Positions 54,245 through 64,000 of a DNA stretch of 64,000 nt are shown here, piece by piece. Source of the DNA: Cyanidioschyzon merolae (taxonomy: Eukaryota). Position numbers and translations under genes: made by a program. The DNA is taken from assembly GCA_000091205.1 (NCBI GenBank), contig AP006499.2; one strand, given 5' to 3'. The notes beneath the pieces were generated by a model, which was not told the origin of the DNA, did not search any database, and saw nothing but the letters and a program-made list of their open reading frames with translations. Position 1 is the stretch's first letter. Every line of letters begins with the position of its first letter.

Positions 54245-55269
54245 CTCGTCGTACTGTCGTCTTTCTTGCGGCCTTCGACGTAGAGCCTCCCCCTTTCGGT
54301 TCTTTTTCTCTTCCTTTTCTTCTGGACTCGGTAATGTTTATTGTTTTTTTTTCTGGCAGCCAGCCACACTGAGCCTCCAGGATCGTCGACTTGCTTTTTC
54401 ATAGCCTTCATTTTTTAGTTTTTTTGAAAAAGAACGCTCTTTGAACGCTTCTGTCATATACTGCGAAAAAACACTTTACTAGACTTGTTTGAGGTTTGAG
54501 GCACAAATGAAATGAAAAACTGCTTTTTTGTGAAACTCCAACGGAAATCCAACTTGTTCCGGTAGTACACGCTTCTGATCAGAATCGCTTTTCTCTTCAA
54601 CGGCGACATGCGCGTCTTGTCAGTTGACTGCCCGATCTCCCTGATGCGCTCACCGAGCGGGATTCTTTTTTCATTGACAAGACGTTTACTTAGGCCAGCG
54701 TTCTCCGACTGTGCGCTTTTTCTTTTCTTTCTTTTTTTATTTGGTTTTCTGCGCGCGTTGAAGTATCCATCAAACACCCTACTCCCAAGTCACATTACCT
54801 AAACTTCTTCTCGGATTTTCTGGTCGTTTCATGCGTTCTATCACACACCTAATGCCTGCCCTAGTCATCCGCAATAGCGTCTTTACCTTCGGTACAGTTG
54901 CATCACGGAGACAGAACGGCGTTGCCGTACCACAGAGGGCGTCCGTTCGAACTGGGGTACGGATCATACGTGGATCGCGGCGAACGGGGTTGTGACCGGG
55001 TTCTTTGTGCGTCGCTCGAATGTGCGTTTCCTCCAATGCCCTGTAGCTGCTGGTTCAGAAGCATTCGGTTCTGGTCTTTGAATTCAGCTCCGACTTTGGA
55101 TTACATGAGAGAGCGTCAATTTTCGTGTAGGTCATACCTATTTTCAGCTTTGGTGCGGACGCGTGCACGAACGTCACGCTTTCCAACGACTACATGGAGC
55201 CCCGAGCCGTTGGGAACGATCCCAACACGACGAGCTCCGCCGCTCGAGAATACATCGGAAACGATGGTG

Positions 55270-55500
55270 CACTGCATCCACATGGAACACGAGCCGCAGT
55301 CGAAGCGTGTCCCTGCTCTGTGCCCAAGAGTGCACTGATCTAGGGCAACTCCAATATTCAATGTACCGTTTTCAAATGCACTGCATCCACATGGAACACG
55401 AGCCGCAGTCGAAGCGTGTCCCTGCTCTGTGCCCAAGAGTGCACTGATCTAGGGCAACTCCAATATTCAATGTACCGTTTTCAAATGCACTGCAAGCGCC
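55270..55500. repeat. 109-bp tandem duplication (2.1 copies)
   Basis: 'cactgcatccacatggaacacgagccgcagtcgaagcgtgtccctgctctgtgcccaagagtgcactgatctagggcaactccaatattcaatgtaccgttttcaaatg' appears at 55270 and 55379, with a partial third start at 55488. It lies ~330 bp upstream of the lipoyl synthase ATG. Confidence 0.85.
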
Positions 55501-55833
55501 AGAGTACTGCAGCGCAGGTGCGACGATGGCGAACCGGACACCAAATGAAACCTTGGACGCACTTGCGCTCCAGCGGCACACACCCGTTCTATGCGAGCTG
55601 TCTACTGCGCTATTGGGAGATACAGTGCTGTTCGGGGCTCAGCAAAGTCAAGCAATCTTTTACGACCAGGAGCCGAACTGTTAGTGGCGTCTGGGCTCTA
55701 GGGGGCGAACAGTTGAACCGGCTCGAGCCGCTCGTACCAGCGAGGTCAAAGACTTGGGGGTGTCGTGGTGGACACCTCGCCCGACGAGCCGCTACCGCTT
55801 AGGTCTGGTTGCGTCGAAGCGGCACGTCCGCTG

Positions 55834-57129
55834 ATGGAAGCACCATCGAACGTGGTTCGAGTCGGCCCCGACCGTCAGTCTGCCCAGGTAGCGCTGAGCG
55901 AAACGCTGAACGCAGAGCCTCGAGAGGCGTGCCTCGGCTTTCTCGCCCAAACCTGGCGATATCGCACAGCGACAGCTTCGAGATCCACCTGGTTCGTGTC
56001 TTCTCGATTTCGTAATGCCCTGCCACAGCCAAGCCGGACTGCACCGAATCGGGGCTTGAAGCGGCGTACTGTGCCAGTAGCGCGTGCCTCGCCAAGCGAG
56101 CGCTCTCCTGCACACGCGGACAGTGGTGGTACCGCGTACCCTCGGGTGGGAGCGCCACAACCAGCGAATCGCCCAAACTGGTTTCGAGTGCCTGCTGTTG
56201 GAGCACTCCGTCCGGACTCACGCTTTCTTCGTCTGCGGGAGAGTCTCCGAGCGAGAAAACTGTCCACAGTTTGCGAGGAGGCCCAATGCCCCAATATCGG
56301 GGAATGTTGGAACGGGGAGCACGCCACCGCTACCATCATGCTGCTCGGAGATACTTGTACTCGAGGGTGCCGATTCTGTGCTGTGAAAACTGCAGCTCGA
56401 CCAGGACCACCAGATCCTGAGGAGCCCATGAATGTGGCTGCAGAGGTTGCGAGTTGGGATATTGACTACGTTGTTCTCACAAGCGTCGATCGTGATGATT
56501 TACCGGATGGGGGCGCAGCGCACTTTGCGCGCACGGTCCAGTATTTGAAGCAGTTGCGTCCACAGTCTACTAGGGTTTCTTCTGATCAGGATGCACAGCA
56601 GATGCCTCCGACGAAGCGGCCACTCTTCGTGGAGTGTCTCGTTTCCGACTTTGCCGGCAACACTGATGCCGTTCGCTGTCTGGCAACCTCTGGACTCGAT
56701 GTGTATGCACATAATCTTGAGACTGTGGAGCGCTTGCAGCAATACGTTCGGGATCCGCGAGCAAACTATGCACAATCCCTCTTCGTGCTGCGGCTAGCGA
56801 AGGAGTTCAATCCGCAACTGGTGACCAAGTCATCTTTGATGCTAGGTCTCGGTGAAACGCCACAGGAAGTCCTGCAAGCTATGCGGGACTTGCGTGATCA
56901 CCAAGTTGATGTTGTGACGTTTGGGCAGTACCTTCGTCCGACTCCGCATCACCTGTCCGTTGTCGAATGGATTCATCCGGACCAGTTTGCCACGTACAGA
57001 AAACTCGGGGAGGAGATGGGTTTTCTCTACGTGGCCTCAGGGCCCCTGGTGCGCAGCAGCTACCGAGCTGGTGAATACATGATGACGCGGCTCGTCGAGC
57101 AACGTCAGCAGTTCGCGACTCCGACCTGA
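55834..57129 (+). CDS. Lipoyl synthase (radical-SAM LipA/LIAS), mitochondrial
   Basis: [13 protein letters not shown] (auxiliary cluster) and [13 protein letters not shown] (radical-SAM CxxxCxxC). The track start at 55765 is GTG; the first in-frame ATG is at 55834. The N-terminus is presequence-like. Confidence 0.85.
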   Translation: MEAPSNVVRVGPDRQSAQVALSETLNAEPREACLGFLAQTWRYRTATASRSTWFVSSRFRNALPQPSRTAPNRGLKRRTVPVARASPSERSPAHADSGGTAYPRVGAPQPANRPNWFRVPAVGALRPDSRFLRLRESLRARKLSTVCEEAQCPNIGECWNGEHATATIMLLGDTCTRGCRFCAVKTAARPGPPDPEEPMNVAAEVASWDIDYVVLTSVDRDDLPDGGAAHFARTVQYLKQLRPQSTRVSSDQDAQQMPPTKRPLFVECLVSDFAGNTDAVRCLATSGLDVYAHNLETVERLQQYVRDPRANYAQSLFVLRLAKEFNPQLVTKSSLMLGLGETPQEVLQAMRDLRDHQVDVVTFGQYLRPTPHHLSVVEWIHPDQFATYRKLGEEMGFLYVASGPLVRSSYRAGEYMMTRLVEQRQQFATPT

Positions 57130-58135
57130 TTTGCATTCATGTCAGTAGTTTATCTGGATGACGAGCAAGCTTTGCGACTGAGGTCTATGAACGGCGTTCG
57201 CACGCTTGCAGACAATGGCAACGAGTCTGTGCTTGGCACGTTCGCGGCACAGCACATGAGCGCGAGTATGACGCACGGTTTGCGAACGAGAGTGCTTCGA
57301 TTTGCGCGATTCGCTTGGAACGCCACGTTCACAACTGCTACAAGAAAACGGGGATTGCTTCTCTGGTCTCGTGCCGATACTCCAAGTGGATGTATCTGGC
57401 AAACCTAGCGACTTGCAGGCGGTGAATACTTGCTTTCGCGGGGCGCGCTACGCAAACCGCCACCAGCTCTTGAACCGAATTGCCGTGGCTCTGTATCTTT
57501 TCATGATGACGCTCTGGATGGTGTCCTTGGCGACGTGTCGTTCATATATGCAGCGTTGCCGTGTTCTCGTGAAAAGCTTCATACATTCGACACATGCGTG
57601 CATGTCGCGGGACTCGCGATGTCCAGCAATGACGCACAGGTATGCGTCGAATGAAGCACCACGCAAGGGTAATGCTGCGTTGAACGATCAATTGCTGTGC
57701 TCCATTCCCCGGGATTTATTGTCTGTGATGGGTCCTTGTACCGTTCCTGGAAATCTTGTGCCCGTGCATCGCGCTGCCGCCTGCAGAACAACAAGCGCAT
57801 GCGAGTCGGCAGTGCTCCTGGGCAGACAGCAACCGTTCGTGAACGGATCTAAAACTTGGCTTTGTGCTGATATCTTTGGGGATTGCTGCTCCAAGAGGCC
57901 CGCGTGCATCGCATTCGTATCCGTCATGCACACCTGGTATGCCTGTCGATCATTCGTATCCTTCATACATGGATACTACGCGTGTACGGTACACGGGGTA
58001 GCCCGCGACTCTCGAGAAACGATCTCTCCAAAAGATCGCGAACGGTTTCATTGGAAGGACGCCAGACCTATGACGACCACGATACATCCAGTCATCTGAA
58101 ACACAGGGCGTGCCTTTATGCTGTCGAAAAAAGGG

Positions 58136-59317
58136 TTAACCTGCGGCGCGGTCACATGTCAGATGCATGGCTACACTGGTTTGGACCTCTCTTCTCCAAT
58201 CAGAGAAATGCCTTCCACGGTACTTGGCTGCAGTACGAAAGACAGCCTCACAGGTTATGCGATTGAGCACAATTGTGAACAGAAAGAGAGCCAGATCGGG
58301 CTGGCGGAGCGCCAGAAGCATTGCCAGCACTGGACGGATTGTTCGGGTGTTCCAGAAGCCGCCCCATGTGAGGATAAACCACAGCACCCGATGGAACCAG
58401 GTGTACTGCACCATCATTCGAACAGACACTGTCGGCATTTTCTGGTAAAACATATAACCCATGATACCGCGCTCCTCTTCTATTTGGACCAAGCGCGGCA
58501 TATGGTTCAGCTCGAACGGCGGCTTGTAATGGAAAGCCAATGCACCATCAGCAGCCCAGGGAAGTCGAACGTGGCGAAGCCTGCCCTGTGTCGCATGGCG
58601 CAACCGCTCGCCGCACTCCAGATCTTCCCAACCGTACAGGCAAAAGTCCTCGTCGAAGCCCCCGCATTCGCGGAAGAGCGCTCTCGAGACACTCGCATTG
58701 GAGGTACAAAAAAATGCCCGAGAAGCGTCAAAAAGCGGATGGAATCGCAGTCTCCTCTCATGAGCATCGAGCGTATGGACGTGGAGAACGGGTCCAACGG
58801 CGATGCTGGGTACCTGGGGTGCAGCGGCGTGGGCGCCCCAGTGGGCCCGCAGGAAACCCGTTGCCACCATGACGTCGCTGTCGACAAAGACGAGCACCTC
58901 ACCATTTGCGACGCTCACACCGTGGTTTCTAGCACGTGCAGGTCCCGAGTTACGTTCCAGTTGCAGCAGCCGTACGTGCGGATAGCGCTGCTCGACCTGC
59001 TGGGCAGTTCGTAGCCAGTCCGCCGTGCCGTCCGCACTAGCGTCGTCAATCACCAGTATTTCGTACGGAGAACCTGGGTCTTCCTGTTTTTCGAGACAGT
59101 CCAGGCAGACTTCAAGCACGGGACGCCTGTTGTACGTCGGCACGATGACCGAAAGCGAAGCGCTTACGCTGCAGCGTCGCTTCCTCTTTGCGACAGCTTG
59201 CGGCAGGCGCACGACTTGCCCCGCGGTGAACAGGCGACACGTTCCACGCTCATGGATAACAGCGCGGGATAAGGTTTGGAGTCTTCGAGACTCAGAAACG
59301 GCACAGTTTGCGTACAT
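58136..59317 (-). CDS. Family-2 glycosyltransferase (GT2) with C-terminal transmembrane segments
   Basis: VIVPTYNRRPVLEVCLDCL...YEILVIDDASADGT...VFVDSDV (DxD). The track start at 59326 is GTG; the ATG is at 59315-59317. Confidence 0.65.
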   Translation of the reverse strand: MYANCAVSESRRLQTLSRAVIHERGTCRLFTAGQVVRLPQAVAKRKRRCSVSASLSVIVPTYNRRPVLEVCLDCLEKQEDPGSPYEILVIDDASADGTADWLRTAQQVEQRYPHVRLLQLERNSGPARARNHGVSVANGEVLVFVDSDVMVATGFLRAHWGAHAAAPQVPSIAVGPVLHVHTLDAHERRLRFHPLFDASRAFFCTSNASVSRALFRECGGFDEDFCLYGWEDLECGERLRHATQGRLRHVRLPWAADGALAFHYKPPFELNHMPRLVQIEEERGIMGYMFYQKMPTVSVRMMVQYTWFHRVLWFILTWGGFWNTRTIRPVLAMLLALRQPDLALFLFTIVLNRITCEAVFRTAAKYRGRHFSDWRREVQTSVAMHLTCDRAAG

Positions 59318-61322
59318 AAGCAGCACGACAGCGGCGTCGCTCGAAGCACGCCGCCCGAGTTGTGTACCACTTCACGTCGCAAGTTTCTGAAGCCACGGGA
59401 TCGTGCCCTTTGATTCTCTCAGAGTTGACGTCTCACTTCGGACTCGTGCCTTTGGCGGAGCCCGCTTCCACCGGCACAGACGATAAGCCTCTCTCTGAAA
59501 AGCGTTTGTTGTGACGGTTCCTTACGGAAGCGATGATACCAGTGTTCGCTGCTGGCGTTGCGCTTGTCGATCCGGCATCGGCCGGGCAAGAGGCGTTCAA
59601 GTCACGTGTGCAGCGGCGTTCACAGACGCTCGACATACGAGCCTTCCACGTGTATGTGCTTTCGCCTCCTTGAGGAATGGTACCCGACTATATGAGCAAA
59701 TGGGAAATCGGCAGATGTCCTGTTCAGGCTTTTGTCCAGAAACGTCAAGGCTTGGAAATGTAGGGGTGTCCGTTTTCTTGGCTTCATGCCCTGAAATATG
59801 GGCGCTACACTCTTGTTGGACGCAAATCGAACGGGCGCAGTTCGTGAACTCGGGCGTACAGACATACAATGCAGGTCTCTTCCAACTGAGGTGACCATAG
59901 GCATTTGCGGGCTTTATCTGCGACTGCTACCTGTTACTGGGCCTTATCACTGGTGTTCATGAACCCGTTCTCGTCGATAACTTCACCTCCGTTCTGAGCA
60001 GACCATGAATGTTGATGACAACTTCAGCGTTCCGAGTTCGCTTTTTCCGGCTGTTGTGGACGTCTTCTACGCAAAAGACGCAAGCCGCAATCTACGCATT
60101 GCTTCCCATTTTCATCTTCTATGGATGCAGCATCGTTGTGCCTTGCAAAGTTGTAACCTTTGACTGGGGTCGGGTGTTCCTGTATGTCTTCCACACCTCA
60201 GCCTGTTCCGATAGTCACCCTTGGCGCGTGCACGCTTGCTTCATTGCTTGGTACCAGCTCCTGACAGATACAGAGGGCTCTCCTCGATGCCTTGCTCTGT
60301 TTCCGCGCCTGGTGCCGTACCCTTCGATCACGGGCTTCTTCTGGACGATCCGTTCGGCATGTACGGTGCCAGCTGCATGTGCAAGCCGAGGATGCTTCAT
60401 TCGATGAAGGTTTCACGGAACCCGATAATGTCCTCGATGAAACAACCACCAGTAGGGAATTTCAGATTAGAGAAGACATAGGGAAATTTCGATCAGTTTT
60501 CGTCTTTTTCAGACAAAGCTGACGTGTGCATGCCGCCCGAGGCAATCGTTATGATGTTTGCATTCCGAGTCCAGGACCCTTTCCATGGACACAAAAGACG
60601 AAAGAGGCCCTGGGAGCGTATCCCGTGAGAGGCAGCATACTGTTGTGGAGTGCCATTCGGTCGATGGCTGCCAATAGACAAGGATTTGTGTCTGAATAGA
60701 ATCGATGACTTAAGGTGGCAAGTTCATTGCACTGTTATGCATGAACTCGTGTGGCATTCTTCATGGGGCGGCATCGAATATTCTTCTCCTCGTCTATTAA
60801 GAAGCGCTACTCGCTGCGCTCAAGAGTTGCTTTACAACGGAAAGACCCGAAACTTGAAGAATGCGTGATTATAAAAGTTGTGCATCAAAGAAAACGCTCG
60901 AAATACACTTGCAGACCGTTGAGGGCAATATCTCGTAATAATCTGTGACGAGTTCATGCGACGGAAAGGTGCAGGTTTTAAGCTCAGCTCCTCAATCTCG
61001 TGATCAGAGCGCGCACATCATGGAACATTTACAAACTTCTCTGTCCAAGAGAGTTCTCGGAAAAATCATTGTCATGGGCATCGGGATTGCTGTCGTGACC
61101 TGGGACCCGCTCAAAGCCCTCCATAGTCGGTGTCTGCAAACCCGAAGCCGCGCATCGACAAATCCCAACTTGTGCCACAGCCGTATTTGCCAAGTCACAT
61201 CTATGCGTTTGTGGCGATGACCAGCTCCACATTCGCCCGTGTCTCCCGCTCGAATAAAGCAGATGCCGAGGCGCTGCACTTGCCACGCCAGTAGCGCGAG
61301 CATTCATCCGTTAGCATCGACG

Positions 61323-62390
61323 TCATGATCGTGGTATCGAAGCTGTTGCTGTTCTGATACGCTTGGCGCGAGGATCCATGACAGCCATCCAGAGCGGGGG
61401 CACCAGCGCCAGAAGCATCATCGCCGGAAGTCCCGCCGGGTGCTGCGGCCATTCCTCTGGTCGGTTTTCCAGCCGGGAGTACCAGCGTGCAGCATGTAAA
61501 TGGTGATCACTGTGATACTCAAGCTTGAAAAGGAGGCAGCCACTGAGCCAGTGGTGATTATTCCACGAGTGTTGGGCAGTGACCGGCTCCTCAGGCGACA
61601 TGCGTTGTAATCCATAATGCTCGACATAGTTCACGAGCTCTAGCTGGAAAACCCCGAATGCGGAACCAATCAGATAAACCATTAAACCATGGACGTACCT
61701 CGATCGTCGGCTAGTTTCGATCATGGTTTCAGTTGCTGGCCACGGTAGTGTACACGCAAAAGCGAATAGCTGAAGAATGAAACCATACGCCAGCGTGTCC
61801 AGCAAAATGCGCTCACGCGCATCGGGCCAGGTCCGTGGAGACATCACAACTCCCCGAACTGCTCGAGGCAGGAAGCGGTAGAACGACTCCCCAGGTCGTG
61901 CGGTGGCTGGATCATGCGCAAGTCCTACATTCTTATGATGCCCACGGTTATGCTCTACGGCGTACGGCCCATACCCGGCCATAATCAGCAGACATCGCGC
62001 TAACAAACGGTACATGACGTGCATCTTGTGGTTCAGTTCGTGTGCGACATTGATACCGAGAGCCATGACAATGCCCAGTGAGAGCGCCCAAAGGAACGTC
62101 TGCAACGGTGCCCAGGCTGGGCTGATCCTCGCTACCCGCCAGCTTAGCAGTAGAATTACGAGCGTTTGCACAGGGAGCCACAGAGTAAGTGGTAGGCGGA
62201 ATAGTGCAGTTTCCGCTGAGGGTTTCCATGAGTTGCGCTCTGGCAAGTCAAGCAACGGTACCAGCACGTAAACGGTGAATGGCAAGAACCACGGCCAGTT
62301 GCGCCAAATAGCCCAAGCTTCCAGTCCAGCAAGCAGGTAAATCGCCCAAAACCTCCACCAAGGTGCGCGCAATACGCTCATAAGTTCCAT
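61323..62390 (-). CDS. AlkB-type integral-membrane alkane 1-monooxygenase / fatty-acid hydroxylase-superfamily di-iron enzyme
   Basis: All four AlkB-diagnostic motifs are present: HELNHK (His box 1), EHNRGHH (box 2), NYVEHYGL and LEYHSDHHLHA (box 3). Hydrophobic N-terminal helices. The ATG at 62388-62390 is confirmed. Confidence 0.7.
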   Translation of the reverse strand: MELMSVLRAPWWRFWAIYLLAGLEAWAIWRNWPWFLPFTVYVLVPLLDLPERNSWKPSAETALFRLPLTLWLPVQTLVILLLSWRVARISPAWAPLQTFLWALSLGIVMALGINVAHELNHKMHVMYRLLARCLLIMAGYGPYAVEHNRGHHKNVGLAHDPATARPGESFYRFLPRAVRGVVMSPRTWPDARERILLDTLAYGFILQLFAFACTLPWPATETMIETSRRSRYVHGLMVYLIGSAFGVFQLELVNYVEHYGLQRMSPEEPVTAQHSWNNHHWLSGCLLFKLEYHSDHHLHAARWYSRLENRPEEWPQHPAGLPAMMLLALVPPLWMAVMDPRAKRIRTATASIPRS

Positions 62391-62606
62391 GCAGTTGGGA
62401 ATCTTCGCAAACGTGGATGATGATGATGATGATGACGACGACGAGGATGCTTTGTCACACTATATACACTGTGGCGTCGTGCTCTGTTGCCACGCGATGA
62501 GCAGAACCGATTTTCCCACACCGAGCTCGTCGTCGTCGCCCTTCGCAGTGTTGCTAAGCGTTCTATCCAAGACGACGGCGTATCCCAGCTTTGCTAGCGA
62601 GAACAC

Positions 62607-62640
62607 ACACACACCAGACAGACAGACAGACAGACAGACA
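62607..62640. repeat. (CAGA)n microsatellite
   Basis: cagacagacagacagacagacagaca. Confidence 0.9.
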
Positions 62641-64000
62641 AGTCGCCTTGAACAAAACGTCTAGAATTTGCGGGAGATTGCGAGACGCCCGGCGTGAGGC
62701 GCACCCGCTGCCTCCAGTGCGCCGAGTACCCCGACGTGAACTGGAGCACCGCGTGTATCTCACGCAAGAAGCGATGCAGCCAGCGTCTATGCTCATGACG
62801 AAGCGCTTTCGGAGCACTTGGCAAAGCATCGACAGCAGGATCATGAAACATATCAGGGCAAGCGCTCGTAGAAACGGACTTGTCGTACAGGATACGAGTC
62901 TTCCGAGGCACAGGCCAGGGCACCGCGCATCCCGCTATCGCCAGAGTGTGCTCGAGACAGCGCCCTGGATACCATGGCAATATCGCTGGAGCCTCAAGTC
63001 GACTTTGCTATCCAGAATCGTTATCTGGAGCGTGTAGTCATCCGATGAATGCGTACAAAATGGATGAAATGTCTCCGGGTCTGTCCATTCAGCGTCTGTG
63101 ATCCTCCATGCCGTCGCCCACATGAGGTGACGAAGACGCTGAGTCAGCAGGGGCGGCACGCTCGCCATTGCTGCGAGATGTCTCGCACAAAAGCCGCGAT
63201 GATGGAAGCGTTGCGAGCATATCCAGCGCTAGTCGGTATGCATACGAGCGAAGCGAACGCCAGCTGCAGCTGGGCGTCAGGGATTTGCCTCATCTACCGA
63301 GCGTCTCTTGCAGGGCGGAGCACTTGTTGTGGCCCAGGAATGGGCACTGATCGCAAGGGTGACGCGGTTCATGTTCCGCATGCCCGGCAAGTTCTACGCA
63401 CCGTGACACAGATATATGGGGAAGCGCTTGCGGGATCCACCATTCGCCTGGCTAGTCTGCCGACGAGCGACACCAGCGTTTCGGTTATCGATTACGGTTG
63501 CTGACACTCCGGACGCGCGGGGATCAGGTACGAGTCGTTGATGCTGCACCATAAAAGTGCGTACGACACCAGTATGTGATTCGTGGAGCGTCCAGTCTGC
63601 ATGGTTCTCTCCAGCGACATGCTTCCTTGCGTCTGCGTACTTGTCACAGTGCATACGATTGCCCGTGACGGAATGCTATCGGCCCCGAGGATGCTCCAAG
63701 CCCGTGTCCGATGAACACGGAGCACTGAATTGCAGATTCTGTTCTTGGGATTCGATTTCTTTCCGAATTTTATGATGTACATCTTTGACATTCAAAGTGC
63801 AGCAATACCGGCTGACGGACCCTCGTGTGGATTCAGGATTCTTGGACATCTGTTGGGCGTGACGCTTTCAACGTTTTGTCTGCCACTGGAACTCGTCACG
63901 TCATTGGAATCAAGATGATTCGGTGCGCTTCCGAACCAGAATTTCAAAAAAACACGTACTCGAATCCGATTCGCAAGTCGAAAGCGTCCACTATTCGCCT

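Larger units (their letters stand above)
52145..54613 (-). mobile_element. TnpB/Fanzor-like element, copy B (inverted relative to copy A)
   Basis: Reverse complement is ~96-97 % identical to 28749-31020. The left junction is at 54613, where revcomp of 54595-54613 reads 'gcgcatgtcgccgttgaag'. ORFs 53486-54244, 52707-53273 and 52339-52713 (all minus) are co-linear homologs of the three copy-A segments. The GADPG (here GADPGN) and NRDFNAAINI motifs are conserved. Confidence 0.7.

Noticed and set aside
28749-54613. Interpreting the two 2.46-kb copies as a simple segmental duplication of host DNA
   Set aside because: Identity ends abruptly at the same left-junction nucleotide in both copies with unrelated flanks. 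The copies are inverted and 21 kb apart, and the unit encodes a TnpB/Fanzor-type nuclease. An element insertion is the more economical explanation.
57302-58099. 265-aa Cys-rich plus-strand ORF between lipoyl synthase and GT2
   Set aside because: No recognisable fold, irregular Cys spacing and mixed codon third-position composition. It sits in a convergent 3' flank and is most likely spurious, though a small secreted Cys-rich protein cannot be excluded.

Overview
This is a GC-rich, microsatellite-laden eukaryotic nuclear region whose genes are almost all single long ORFs, so the genome looks intron-poor. The composition would fit a stramenopile or alga, but that is only a guess. About 15 host protein genes can be supported. 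They include a giant Hydin-like ASH-domain gene (minus strand, 10083 down to position 1 and beyond) that runs off the window edge and is missing from the supplied ORF track. The others are mitochondrial ribosomal protein uL4, an LRR protein, poly(A) polymerase, a Pol X polymerase, a mitochondrial carrier, a kinesin-7-like motor, an EF-hand type-II NADH dehydrogenase, a CBM20-domain protein, a coiled-coil protein, glycolate oxidase, a HAD-like protein, lipoyl synthase, a GT2 glycosyltransferase and an AlkB-type alkane hydroxylase homolog. The most notable finding is two ~2.46-kb copies, ~96-97 % identical, of an element encoding a TnpB/Fanzor-like RuvC nuclease. The ORF reads GADPG...zinc-finger-like...NRDFDAAINI and is split over three frames. 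The copies are inverted at 28749-31212 (+) and 52145-54613 (-) and bracket a ~21-kb gene block. Each element's 3' end lies just upstream of a host gene start, the kinesin ATG within ~30 bp and the HAD-like gene within ~280 bp. Other features are a 132-bp x7 satellite, an 80-bp x4 minisatellite directly upstream of the Pol X gene, a 109-bp tandem duplication upstream of lipoyl synthase, many trinucleotide microsatellites, and a tRNA-like B-box fragment. The supplied ORF track uses GTG/TTG starts, so several true ATG starts were reassigned.
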